A stretch of DNA of 32,000 bases from Kineococcus radiotolerans SRS30216 = ATCC BAA-149 (lineage in GTDB: Bacteria > Actinomycetota > Actinomycetes > Actinomycetales > Kineococcaceae): positions 2,340,001 to 2,372,000 of the forward strand of contig NC_009664.2 of the NCBI RefSeq assembly GCF_000017305.1, written 5' to 3'. Positions 1 to 7,672 of this stretch are shown here, in pieces; within the stretch, counting starts at the first letter, position 1; the number at the start of each line of letters is the position of its first letter. A program made the translations under genes and the position numbers. The notes beneath the pieces are model-generated. The model was not told the DNA's origin, ran no database searches, and saw only the letters and a list, made by a program, of their open reading frames with translations.

Positions 1-543
1 TTCGAGGAGGGCGGCGGGGTGAGCTTCCACCACCACGAGGTGGTGGGGGCGAAGCTGGTGGCGAAGCGGCTGAAGGCGCTGCGCTTCGACAACGACACGA
101 TCAAGGCGGTGGCGCGGCTCACCGAGCTGCACCTGCGCTTCCACGGCTACGGCGACGGGGAGTGGACCGACTCCGCGGTGCGCCGCTACGTCACCGACGC
201 GGGCCCGCTGCTGCCGCGGCTGCACAAGCTGACCCGCAGCGACTGCACGACCCGCAACGCCCGCAAGGCCAAGCGCCTGGCCGACGCCTACGACGACCTG
301 GAGGCGCGGATCGCGCGGCTGCGCGAGCAGGAGGAGCTGGACAGCATCCGCCCCGACCTCGACGGCACGCAGATCATGGCGCTGCTGGGGATCGGGCCCT
401 CGCGGGTGGTGGGCCGGGCCTACCAGTTCCTGCTGGGGCTGCGGATGGACCGGGGGCCGTTGGGGGCGGAGGTCGCCGAGCGGGAGCTGCGGGCGTGGTG
501 GGCGCAGCAGCCGGAGGCGGCGCCCGACGCGGACGGGGCCTGA
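1..543 (+). CDS. cca: CCA tRNA nucleotidyltransferase / poly(A) polymerase-family protein, C-terminal part (5' end lies outside the window)
   Basis: Frame 1 is open from base 1 to TGA at 541-543. The translation HHHEVVGAKLVAKRLKALRFDNDTIK...LHLRFHGYGDGEWTDSAVRRYVTDAGPLLPRLHKLTRSDCTTRN...RPDLDGTQIMALLGI matches, from memory, the HD-domain and C-terminal region of actinobacterial PcnA-type CCA-adding enzymes. GC3 is high. Confidence 0.85.
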   Translation, partial: FEEGGGVSFHHHEVVGAKLVAKRLKALRFDNDTIKAVARLTELHLRFHGYGDGEWTDSAVRRYVTDAGPLLPRLHKLTRSDCTTRNARKAKRLADAYDDLEARIARLREQEELDSIRPDLDGTQIMALLGIGPSRVVGRAYQFLLGLRMDRGPLGAEVAERELRAWWAQQPEAAPDADGA

Positions 544-653
544 GGGCGGCGCCGCCGCGGCGCGGGCCCGGGGGGTGCGGAGCGCGGGGCTGTCCTACCG
601 TGCCGGGGGGCGCTCACGCCGCCCCTGGACCCGAACCGCACCGTGGAGCACCG

Positions 654-719
654 ATGTCGCCGATCACCGCAGTCCCCGTCGACCGCCGCGGCGGGTGCGA
701 GCGCGGGGGGCGGCGGTGA
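654..719 (+). CDS. Possible 21-codon upstream ORF (MSPITAVPVDRRGGCERGGRR) whose stop overlaps the GTG of the downstream GAF-ANTAR gene
   Basis: ATG at 654 is preceded by GGAG 5 nt upstream. GC3 is high. TGA at 717-719 overlaps GTG at 716-718. There is no homology support. Confidence 0.25.
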   Translation: MSPITAVPVDRRGGCERGGRR

Positions 720-1474
720 GCCGCCTCGTGGACGCCTTCACCACCGCGTGGCGGGGTGAGGTGGCCGTCCGGGGGGAGGACCTCCTGCCCAGCGTCCTGG
801 CCCGGGCCTGCGCGCGCGTCACGGCCTTCGACGCGGCGGGGTTGAGCCTGATGAGCGGTCCCGACGCCCGGGTTCCGCTCGGCGCCAGCGACGAGGACGC
901 CTCCGTCGCGGAGCGGTTGCAGTACACCGTCGGCGAGGGACCGTGCTTCCGGGCGATGACCACCGGGCGCCCGGTGGTGGTCACCGAGGAGGGGTTCGCG
1001 CGGGAGTGGCCGGTGCTGGCCGAGCAGCACTTCAGCCGCACCCCGTTCCGCGGGGGCCTCAGCGTCCCCCTGCGGGCGGGCGGTGTCCCCGTCGGGGTGC
1101 TCGACCTCTACCTGCTCCGTTCCCGGCCGCTGGACGGCGGGGACGTCCTCGACGCCCAGGACGTCGCCGCGGCCACCACGGCCGTCCTGGTCGGCACCCT
1201 GCACGAGCCCGGGGGCGACGTGGACCGCGACCACCCGGGCGGGGACGGCGCCGCCCTCGACGGGTGGCGGGACTCCCCGGCCACGCACCGGCGCCGGCAG
1301 GTGTGGATCGCCGCCGGCATGGCCGACCTCGTCCTGGCCGTGCCGAGCGAGCAGGCCCTGGCCCTGCTGCGCGCCCACGCCTACGCCACGGGCGTGACCC
1401 TGGACGCCTTCGCCGAGGACGTCGTCTCCGGGCGCTTCGACGTGGCCGAGCTGCGCCTGGACCTGCTGCGCTGA
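716..1474 (+). CDS. GAF domain / ANTAR domain RNA-binding antiterminator-type regulator
   Basis: The GAF-like core is GLSLMSGPDARVPLGASDEDASVAERLQYTVGEGPCFRAM...VPVGVLDLY. The C-terminal ANTAR-like helix region is RRQVWIAAGMADLVLAVPSEQALALLRAHAYATGVTLDAFAEDVV. The start is set at GTG 716 because the in-frame sequence upstream is Arg/Pro-rich junk. The start is uncertain. Confidence 0.75.
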   Translation: MSRLVDAFTTAWRGEVAVRGEDLLPSVLARACARVTAFDAAGLSLMSGPDARVPLGASDEDASVAERLQYTVGEGPCFRAMTTGRPVVVTEEGFAREWPVLAEQHFSRTPFRGGLSVPLRAGGVPVGVLDLYLLRSRPLDGGDVLDAQDVAAATTAVLVGTLHEPGGDVDRDHPGGDGAALDGWRDSPATHRRRQVWIAAGMADLVLAVPSEQALALLRAHAYATGVTLDAFAEDVVSGRFDVAELRLDLLR

Positions 1475-1537
1475 GGGGCCGGCGCGGGCCGGCTGGGGCC
1501 GGTCAGGGGCGGCCCTGGCCCGCGCGGGCGGGTGCGG

Positions 1538-2194
1538 TCAGCCGCGCGACTGGCGGGCCAGCTCGCTGAGGACGCTGCGCTCCAGGACCTGCGCGGCGCT
1601 CTCCTCCAGCTCCACGAACCGCACGACGGCCTCGCCGGACTCCTGGTCCACGCGCAGGACCTCGCCGCGGGCGTGGACCTCGAGCCCGTCCCCGAGCTCG
1701 AGGTCGACCTCGAGCTCGCCGTGGGCGGGCACGTCCGCCGCGCCCTCGATGCGCATGCCGGTGCGGGAGTAGTCGATGGTGCGGACGTCGGCGACGCCGT
1801 CGGCGGTGGTCAGGTGCGCGGTGACCGCGACGGGGGCGCGGACGGCGGCGCGGCGGGTCTCGGAGGCGAGCAGCATGACGCCGGTGAGGGCGAGCTCGTC
1901 GTCGCGGTGGGCCTGGGCGACGGCCTGGAAGACGGCGTGGGGGGTGACGCCGTCGGCGCCGCCGGCGTCGGTGCTGACCCAGACGCGCTGGCCGTCGAGG
2001 GCCTCGACGGTGTCGGGGGTGGCGCTGACGTGGCTGGTGACGACGAGCCCGGCGGCGCCGGCGGTCCAGGAGCGGACGGTGCCGGTGTGCCAGGAGGCGG
2101 GGGCGCCGTCCACCGCGGTCGTGGGCATGAGGGTGACCGTGGTGTCGATCGCGGGCCCCTCGGTCATGAGCATGCCGCCCTGCGCGCCGTCCAT
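1538..2194 (-). CDS. PilZ domain c-di-GMP receptor with an uncharacterised N-terminal domain
   Basis: The C-terminal half carries the RRxxxR motif (ETRRAAVRAP) and the DxSxxG motif (DYSRTGMRI), followed by a beta-rich PilZ-like sequence. The start is placed at ATG 2194, which is preceded by AGGTGGGGGA. The track ORF extends to GTG 2236, which overlaps a TAGCGT -10-like hexamer. Confidence 0.7.
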   Translation of the reverse strand: MDGAQGGMLMTEGPAIDTTVTLMPTTAVDGAPASWHTGTVRSWTAGAAGLVVTSHVSATPDTVEALDGQRVWVSTDAGGADGVTPHAVFQAVAQAHRDDELALTGVMLLASETRRAAVRAPVAVTAHLTTADGVADVRTIDYSRTGMRIEGAADVPAHGELEVDLELGDGLEVHARGEVLRVDQESGEAVVRFVELEESAAQVLERSVLSELARQSRG

Positions 2195-2234
2195 GCGTTC
2201 CCCCACCTGAGTGCGAATCTGTAACCGACTCAGC

Positions 2235-2240
2235 ACGCTA
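2235..2240 (-). promoter_or_regulatory. -10-like hexamer TAGCGT (minus strand) upstream of the PilZ gene (leadered; SD-like GGTGGGGGA before ATG 2194)
   Basis: It is a TANNNT hexamer in the AT-richer patch. The implied TSS is near 2228. Confidence 0.35.
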
Positions 2241-2294
2241 CGTCACGCGAAGGGGCTGCTCCATCCGAACGCCGCAGGTCGTGGGCCGTCGGGG

Positions 2295-2309
2295 GTGACG
2301 CTGCGTCAC
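2295..2309. promoter_or_regulatory. 15-bp palindrome GTGACGC-T-GCGTCAC in the PilZ/hypothetical divergent region; an extra CGTCAC half-site lies at 2241-2246
   Basis: I read it directly. Confidence 0.3.
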
Positions 2310-2402
2310 ACCCGTCCCGTCCGTCCCTCCCGCCGCAGGGGCCCCAGCCCCGGGCGGCAGGCGCCGCCGCGGCGCGGGGGGCGCCGCCGGCCCGGCGCGG
2401 GT

Positions 2403-2408
2403 TAGCGT
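2403..2408 (+). promoter_or_regulatory. -10-like hexamer TAGCGT, exactly 6 nt upstream of GTG 2415 (predicted leaderless)
   Basis: The sequence reads TAGCGT-cctcct-GTG. Confidence 0.4.
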
Positions 2409-2414
2409 CCTCCT

Positions 2415-3023
2415 GTGCTGCCGACTCCCACCACCGCCCTGCTGGCGGGTCGTCGACCGTTCCGCCGCCCCCCGGCGGTCCCCGCCGCCGACCCCGCCGT
2501 GCGCGCCTACCTCAACGAGCAGCTCGCCGCGACCACCGGCCTCCTCGAGCAGCTGCGCCGCGCCGCCGCGAGCGAGGCCCTCGCCGGTGAGCGCACGACG
2601 CTGCTGCGGGTGCGCCGCGAGGTCGGGGCCGACCGCGCCGCGCTGCGCGCGGCCATGCGCCGGCTCGGGGCCCCCACCGACTGGACCGTGCTCGGCGCCA
2701 GCTGGCTCTCCGCCCGCGCCGGCCGTCTCCTGCCCCTGCTGCACCGCGTGCCCGCGCTCCAGCGCGCCACCGGGGTCGTCGCCGGCGCGCTGCCCGCCCA
2801 GCCCGCGCGCGCGGGCGTCGTCGAGGGGCTCCTCGTCCTCGAGGGCGTCCTCGGCGACCTGCACCGGCGCGCCGTGGCCGCCCGGCTGCTCGACGAGCTC
2901 GCCGCCACCGGGCCCGCGGACCGGGGCAGCCCCCTGCGCGGGCTGGCCGAGCGCGCCCGTGCCCAGCGCGAGGAGGTCGAGGCCGCGCACCGCCGGTGCG
3001 CGGCCCCGCTGCTGCGGCGCTGA
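2415..3023 (+). CDS. Hypothetical helical protein (no family recognised)
   Basis: This is a 202-codon ORF with near-uniform G/C at third positions. The GTG start lies exactly 6 nt after TAGCGT. I recognised no motifs. Confidence 0.55.
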   Translation: MLPTPTTALLAGRRPFRRPPAVPAADPAVRAYLNEQLAATTGLLEQLRRAAASEALAGERTTLLRVRREVGADRAALRAAMRRLGAPTDWTVLGASWLSARAGRLLPLLHRVPALQRATGVVAGALPAQPARAGVVEGLLVLEGVLGDLHRRAVAARLLDELAATGPADRGSPLRGLAERARAQREEVEAAHRRCAAPLLRR

Positions 3024-3038
3024 CCGCCCCCGCCCCGG

Positions 3039-3473
3039 CTACTCCTGCTCCGACCGCGCCCGGGCCGTCGCGGCGTCGTTGGCCCGCTGGATCGCCCGCA
3101 CCAGCTCGGCCTTGGTCATCGTCGAACGGCCGCGGACGTCCAGCTCGCGGGCGAGGCCGAGCAGGTGCTCCTTCGTGGCGTGCTCGTCCACCCCGCCCGA
3201 GGTGCGGCGGTGGGTCGTCACGTCCCCCTCGGCCTGCGGGTCCGAGGGCCCCCTGCGCCCGTCCTCCTTGGGCTGCCAGTGGTCCCCGACCTTCTCGTGG
3301 GTGTGCTTGACCGCCGCCCACGCGACCCGGTTCGCCCGGGACTCCTCGCCGTACTGCTCCTCGGCGGAGTCGTGCGCCTTCGCGAACGTCTCCTGCGCCT
3401 TCGCGTCCGAGCGCCGCAGGGTGCTGGGCAGTTCGCTCTCCACGGGCTTCCCGGACCGCGTCGTCTTCGCCAC
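3039..3473 (-). CDS. ChaB-family protein with a C-terminal Rho_N-like (SAP-like) helix-extended-helix domain
   Basis: The N-terminal segment LPSTLRRSDAKAQETFAKAHDSAEEQYGEESRANRVAWAAVKHTHEK is ChaB-like. The C-terminal segment KEHLLGLARELDVRGRSTMTKAELVRAIQRAND resembles the Rho termination factor N-terminal motif. Confidence 0.8.
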   Translation of the reverse strand: MAKTTRSGKPVESELPSTLRRSDAKAQETFAKAHDSAEEQYGEESRANRVAWAAVKHTHEKVGDHWQPKEDGRRGPSDPQAEGDVTTHRRTSGGVDEHATKEHLLGLARELDVRGRSTMTKAELVRAIQRANDAATARARSEQE

Positions 3474-3479
3474 GCCCCG

Positions 3480-3485
3480 ACGCTA
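3480..3485 (-). promoter_or_regulatory. -10-like hexamer TAGCGT (minus strand), exactly 6 nt upstream of the ChaB GTG 3473 (predicted leaderless); its TAG is the stop codon of the MFS gene
   Basis: On the minus strand the sequence reads TAGCGT-cggggc-GTG. Confidence 0.4.
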
Positions 3486-5093
3486 GGCCCGCTCGGCGAC
3501 CGCCACCTCCCGGGGGGTGACGTCCACGGCGGCCGCGCCCCGGGCCGGGCGCAGCGTGCGCCAGACCACGAACGCCGCCGCCGCCGTCAGCACCGCCCCG
3601 GCCAGCGCCGTCGCGTCCAGGCCTTGGGCGAACGCGGCGCGGGCGGAGTCCAGCAGCGCCGGGCCGTCGGGCAGCGCCGCGGCCACCTCCACCGCCCCGC
3701 CGAGGGTCTCCCGGGCCGCGCCGGCCTGCTCCGGGGACGCGCTCGCGGGCAGCTCGACCCGGCCGCGGTAGACGGCGTTGAGCACGCTGCCCAGGACGGT
3801 CGTGCCCAGCACCGCGCCGACCTCGTAGGCGGTCTCGGAGATCGCCGACGCGGCACCGGAGCGTTCCGCCGGGGCGGCGGAGAGGATCGCGTCGTTGGTG
3901 AGGGTCTCGGCCAGCCCGGCCCCCGCGCACAGCACGGCGAAGGCCACGGCGAGCTGCGCGGCCGCCGCCGTGCCGCGACCGGCGCCCAGCGTGGCCATCA
4001 CCGCGTACCCGGCGGTGCCCAGCAGCAGGCCGGTGACGATGAGCAGGTCCAGCCGCAGCCGGCGGGCGAGGCGGGCGGCGGCGAGACCGGCGAGGAAGGT
4101 GACGACGGCGCCGGGCAGCAGCAGCAGGCCCGCGGTCAGCGGCCGCAGGCCGAGGACGAGCTGGAGGTGCTGGGAGACGGCGAACAGCATCCCCGTCATG
4201 CCGCAGATGCTCATGAGGTTGGCCAGCACCGAGGCGCGGAAGACGGGCAGGCGGAAGAGGTCCACGTCCAGCAGCGGGTCGGCCAGCGCGTTCTGGCGGC
4301 GCACGAAGACCACCGCCAGGCCCGCGCCGAGGAGGGTCGTGGCGACCGGCGCCGCGGTGGGCCCGTGCTCGGCGAGGGTCTTGACCCCGTAGACCAGCGC
4401 GGTCAGGGCGAGGATGGACACGGCGACGCTGGTGACGTCGATGCGCCCGCGCGCGGCGGGGGAGCGGTGCTCGCGCACGAGCAGCGGCACCAGCACCAGC
4501 AGCGCCACCATGAACGGCACGTTGAGCAGGAACACCGAGCCCCACCAGAAGTGCTCCAGCAGCCAGCCGCCGACGATGGGCCCCAGCGCGCCGCCGGCGG
4601 CGAACCCGCCGGCCCACACCGCGAAGGCCGTCCGGCGCTGCTCGCGGTCGGTGAAGGTGCTGCGCAGCAGCGACAGCGTGGAGGGCATGAGGGTCGCGCC
4701 GAAGACGCCGAGGGCGATGCGGGCGGCGATGAGCGCGGTCGGGGAGTCGGCGAACGCGGCGAGCAGGGACACCACGCCGAACCCGGCGCCGCCGACGAGC
4801 AGCATCCGCCGGGCCCCGTGGCGGTCCCCGAGGGTGCCCATGGTGACGAGCAGCCCGGCGATGGCCAGGGAGTACCCGTCCACGATCCACAGCAGCTGCG
4901 TGCCGGTGGGCGACATCGCCTCGCTGATGGCGGGCAGCGCGAAGCTCAGCACCGTCATGTCGATGGAGATGAGCAGCACCGGCAGCACCAGGACCGCCAG
5001 CGCCGCCCACTGCCGGCGGGTGCTCGCGGGTCGACCGGGGTCGAGGGGGAGCGCCGGGTTCGGGTGCGCGGGCTGCCGGGCGGGCGGGGTCAT
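3483..5093 (-). CDS. MFS transporter, DHA2 (EmrB/QacA-like, 14-TMS) drug/proton antiporter family
   Basis: At about 536 aa it has many hydrophobic helices and MFS motifs (LGDRHGARRMLLVGGAGF, FWWGSVFLLNVP). It lies divergent to a TetR gene. The start is set at ATG 5093 (AAGGA upstream) rather than 5129, which sits inside the operator palindrome. Confidence 0.85.
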   Translation of the reverse strand: MTPPARQPAHPNPALPLDPGRPASTRRQWAALAVLVLPVLLISIDMTVLSFALPAISEAMSPTGTQLLWIVDGYSLAIAGLLVTMGTLGDRHGARRMLLVGGAGFGVVSLLAAFADSPTALIAARIALGVFGATLMPSTLSLLRSTFTDREQRRTAFAVWAGGFAAGGALGPIVGGWLLEHFWWGSVFLLNVPFMVALLVLVPLLVREHRSPAARGRIDVTSVAVSILALTALVYGVKTLAEHGPTAAPVATTLLGAGLAVVFVRRQNALADPLLDVDLFRLPVFRASVLANLMSICGMTGMLFAVSQHLQLVLGLRPLTAGLLLLPGAVVTFLAGLAAARLARRLRLDLLIVTGLLLGTAGYAVMATLGAGRGTAAAAQLAVAFAVLCAGAGLAETLTNDAILSAAPAERSGAASAISETAYEVGAVLGTTVLGSVLNAVYRGRVELPASASPEQAGAARETLGGAVEVAAALPDGPALLDSARAAFAQGLDATALAGAVLTAAAAFVVWRTLRPARGAAAVDVTPREVAVAERA

Positions 5094-5128
5094 CGCTCTC
5101 TCGTCCTTCGGGTCGGTGGTCCCGTCCA

Positions 5129-5150
5129 CTGTACCGTCCGGACGGTACAG
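5129..5150. promoter_or_regulatory. Perfect 22-bp palindrome CTGTACCGTCC|GGACGGTACAG, candidate TetR operator
   Basis: I read it directly from the sequence. It sits in the 83-bp divergent MFS/TetR intergenic region, between the two start codons. Confidence 0.6.
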
Positions 5151-5163
5151 CGGGAAGGTCGTT

Positions 5164-5169
5164 TACCCT
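5164..5169 (+). promoter_or_regulatory. -10-like hexamer TACCCT, 7 nt upstream of the TetR ATG (short-leader or leaderless)
   Basis: It matches the TANNNT pattern. The ATG is at 5177 and no SD is visible. Confidence 0.35.
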
Positions 5170-5176
5170 CGTCGGA

Positions 5177-5749
5177 ATGGCCCGTGACCCCGCCGCGACG
5201 CGCGACCGCCTCGTCGACGCCTTCGCCGAAATCGTCGTCGCCACCGGGGCCCGCTCGGCCACCCTCGAAGCCGTCGCCACCTCCGCCGGGGTCTCCAAGG
5301 GCGGGCTGCTCTACCACTTCGGGTCCAAGGACGCCCTCGTCGAGGGGCTCCTGGACCGCGTGCGCCGGCTCGCCGCCGAGGACCGCGAGCAGATGCGCGC
5401 CGCCCCCGAGGGGCCGGCCGCGTACTACGTGCGCACCTCCGCCACCGAGGCCCAGGTGAGCGGCGAGGACGTCGACCCGCTGAGCCGGGTCATCATCGCC
5501 ACCATGCGGCTGGCCCAGGCCGGCGACGCCCGCACGGTCGCGGTCTACACCGAGGTCAACGACGCCTGGCGCCGGCTCATCGAGGAGCAGGTCGGCGGCG
5601 ACCGCGTCCTGGCTCGGCTCATCCAGTGCATCGGCGACGGGCTCTGGGCCTCCTCCTCCATGGGGGTCCCGGTCACCGACCTCGACGACGTCGTCGCCCG
5701 GGTGCAGCGCCTGGTCGCCTCCAGCCGCCCCGCGGGGGAGACCGGCTGA
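5177..5749 (+). CDS. TetR/AcrR family transcriptional regulator
   Basis: The N-terminal HTH is TLEAVATSAGVSKGGLLYHFGSKDALV. The length is 190 aa. It lies divergent to the MFS exporter. Confidence 0.9.
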   Translation: MARDPAATRDRLVDAFAEIVVATGARSATLEAVATSAGVSKGGLLYHFGSKDALVEGLLDRVRRLAAEDREQMRAAPEGPAAYYVRTSATEAQVSGEDVDPLSRVIIATMRLAQAGDARTVAVYTEVNDAWRRLIEEQVGGDRVLARLIQCIGDGLWASSSMGVPVTDLDDVVARVQRLVASSRPAGETG

Positions 5750-5788
5750 GCCACCCCGCCCGGCTCCCCGGCCCCGCCCGCTCCCGCG

Positions 5789-7606
5789 CTACGACCCCGC
5801 GGGCTGCTCCAGCGGCTCGGCGCGCGCCGCGTCGGCGGCGACGAGCCCGGCGTAGCGGCCCCCGCGGGCCAGCAGCTCCGCGTGGGTGCCGACCTCGGCG
5901 ACCCGGCCGCGGTCGAGGACCACGATCTGGTCCGCGTCGCGCACGGTGGAGAGCCGGTGGGCGATGGTGACGGTGGTCCGCCCGCTGGACAGCTCCGCCA
6001 GCGCCGCGGCCATGGCCCGCTCGGTGCGGGTGTCCAGGGCCGAGGTCGCCTCGTCGAGCAGCAGGACCGGGGGGTCGCGCAGCACCGTGCGGGCCAGCGC
6101 GATCCGCTGCTTCTCACCGCCGGAGAACCGGTAGCCGCGCTCGCCCACCACGGTGTCGTAGCCCTGCGGCAGGGCGCTGAGGACGTCGTCGACCTGGGCG
6201 GCGCGCGCGGCCCGGCGCAGCTCCTCGTCGGTCGCGTCCGGCTTCGCGAAGCGCAGGTTGTCCGCGACGCTGGCGTGCAGCAGGAACGTCTCCTGGGTGA
6301 CGACGCCGACGGCGTCGGACAGCGAGCGCGCGGTGAGGTCGCGCACGTCGTGGCCGTCGAGCAGCACCGCGCCGGAGTCGACGTCGTACAGGCGGGCCAG
6401 CAGGTAGCCCAGGGTCGTCTTGCCCGAGCCGGTCGTCCCGACGACGGCCAGCGAGGTGCCGGCGGGCACGTCGAGGTCGATCCCCGTCAGGGTGTCCTGC
6501 CCGGCCCCGGGGTAGGCGAAGGAGACCCCGGCGAAGCGGACGTGGCCGCGGGGGCGGGGCAGGTCCACGGCGCCGGGGCGCTCGGCGACCTCGACGGGGG
6601 TGTCGAGGTACTCGAAGACGCGGGTGAAGAGGGCCATCGAGGCGTGCAGGCGCACGACGATGCGCAGCAGCGCGCCCAGGGGCCGGAACAGCTGGGCCTG
6701 CAGGGTCACCAGCGCGACGAGGGTGCCGATGCTCAGCGCGGTCCCGGTGCCGCGGATCCACCCGCCGAGCAGGTAGGTCAGGGCGGGGACGGCGGCCATG
6801 GTCAGCGTGATGAGCGACCACTGCCAGCGCCCGGCCATCTCGGAGCCGACCTCCAGGCGGGCGACATCGTCGGACTGGCGGGTGAAGCGCTCGACGACCT
6901 CGGGGGTGCGCCCGGTGGTGCGGGTGAGCAGGATCCCCGAGATCGAGAGGGTCTCCTCGACGGTGGCGGACATCTCGGCGAGCTGGCGCTGGCGCTGGGC
7001 GGTGATGCGCCGCCGCAGCCGCCCGACGCGGCGGTTGAGCCACACCGAGAACGGCAGGACGACGAAGGAGAACAGGGCCAGGCGCCAGTCCAGGGCCAGC
7101 ATCGCCACGACGGTGACGACGACGGTGGCGAGGTTCTGGACGAGGTCGGCGCCGGTGGAGGTGACGACGGTCTGCAGGGCGCCGATGTCGTTGGCGATGC
7201 GGGACTGGACCTCGCCGGTGCGGGTGCGGGCGAAGAACCCCAGCGACATGCGCTGCAGGTGGGAGTACAGCGCCGTGCGCAGGCCGTGCATGACGGCCTG
7301 CCCGACGCGGGTGGTGAGCAGGCTCTGGAGGACGTCGAGGGCGGTGGTGGCGACGACGATGCCGATGAGCCCGGCGGCCAGCCACGCCAGGAGGCGCAGG
7401 TCGCCGCGGGGCAGGGCGACGTCGACGACCTCGCGGATGAGGAACGGGGACGCGACGCCGGCGACGGCGGAGAGGGCGATGAGGACGCCGACGAGGCCCA
7501 GCGGGCGGGTGTGGGGGCGGAACAGCCGCAGGACGCGGCGGACCTCCTCGCGGCGGGGCGGCGGGGTCCCGGGGTCCTCACCCGCGGTGCGGGGGACTTC
7601 GCGCAC
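5789..7606 (-). CDS. ABC transporter, fused permease/ATP-binding exporter (MsbA/type I exporter-like)
   Basis: An N-terminal 6-TM domain is followed by an NBD with Walker A GTTGSGKTT, signature FSGGEKQRIALAR, Walker B VLLLDEATSALD and H-loop TIAHRL. The track start GTG 7612 is itself part of AAGGAGGTG. I therefore prefer GTG 7606, which lies 5 nt after the SD. Confidence 0.9.
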   Translation of the reverse strand: MREVPRTAGEDPGTPPPRREEVRRVLRLFRPHTRPLGLVGVLIALSAVAGVASPFLIREVVDVALPRGDLRLLAWLAAGLIGIVVATTALDVLQSLLTTRVGQAVMHGLRTALYSHLQRMSLGFFARTRTGEVQSRIANDIGALQTVVTSTGADLVQNLATVVVTVVAMLALDWRLALFSFVVLPFSVWLNRRVGRLRRRITAQRQRQLAEMSATVEETLSISGILLTRTTGRTPEVVERFTRQSDDVARLEVGSEMAGRWQWSLITLTMAAVPALTYLLGGWIRGTGTALSIGTLVALVTLQAQLFRPLGALLRIVVRLHASMALFTRVFEYLDTPVEVAERPGAVDLPRPRGHVRFAGVSFAYPGAGQDTLTGIDLDVPAGTSLAVVGTTGSGKTTLGYLLARLYDVDSGAVLLDGHDVRDLTARSLSDAVGVVTQETFLLHASVADNLRFAKPDATDEELRRAARAAQVDDVLSALPQGYDTVVGERGYRFSGGEKQRIALARTVLRDPPVLLLDEATSALDTRTERAMAAALAELSSGRTTVTIAHRLSTVRDADQIVVLDRGRVAEVGTHAELLARGGRYAGLVAADAARAEPLEQPAGS

Positions 7607-7619
7607 GGGCACCTCCTTG

Positions 7620-7656
7620 ATCGTGTGGTCACCTCACGATGAGGTTACCTCACGAT
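7620..7656. promoter_or_regulatory. Repeat cluster in the ABC/MarR divergent region, a candidate MarR operator: direct repeat ACCTCACGAT x2 (7631-7640, 7647-7656), inverted ATCGTG/CACGAT (7620-7625/7635-7640) and CCTCA-CGA-TGAGG (7632-7644)
   Basis: I read it directly. This is the most AT-rich patch of the intergenic region. Confidence 0.4.
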
Positions 7657-7660
7657 CAGC

Positions 7661-7666
7661 TAGGGT
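7661..7666 (+). promoter_or_regulatory. -10-like hexamer TAGGGT, exactly 6 nt upstream of the MarR GTG (predicted leaderless)
   Basis: It is a TANNNT hexamer. The GTG is at 7673 and there is no SD. Confidence 0.45.
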
Positions 7667-7672
7667 GACGAC

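Noticed and set aside
1475-1537. GC-rich short palindromes (for example GCCCGCGCGGGC at 1518-1529) as a terminator between convergent genes
   Set aside because: The stems are short and imperfect, and such sequences are expected by chance in this composition. It is not strong enough to annotate.
2512-5298. 928-aa minus-strand ORF, with similar overlapping giants at 3165-5459 (+), 7660-9918 (-) and 8169-10082 (+, apart from its last 57 codons)
   Set aside because: The translations are Arg/Pro/Gly/Ala-rich low-complexity strings with no motifs. They overlap homology-supported genes in other frames. Stop codons are simply rare in off-frames of DNA with over 70% GC.
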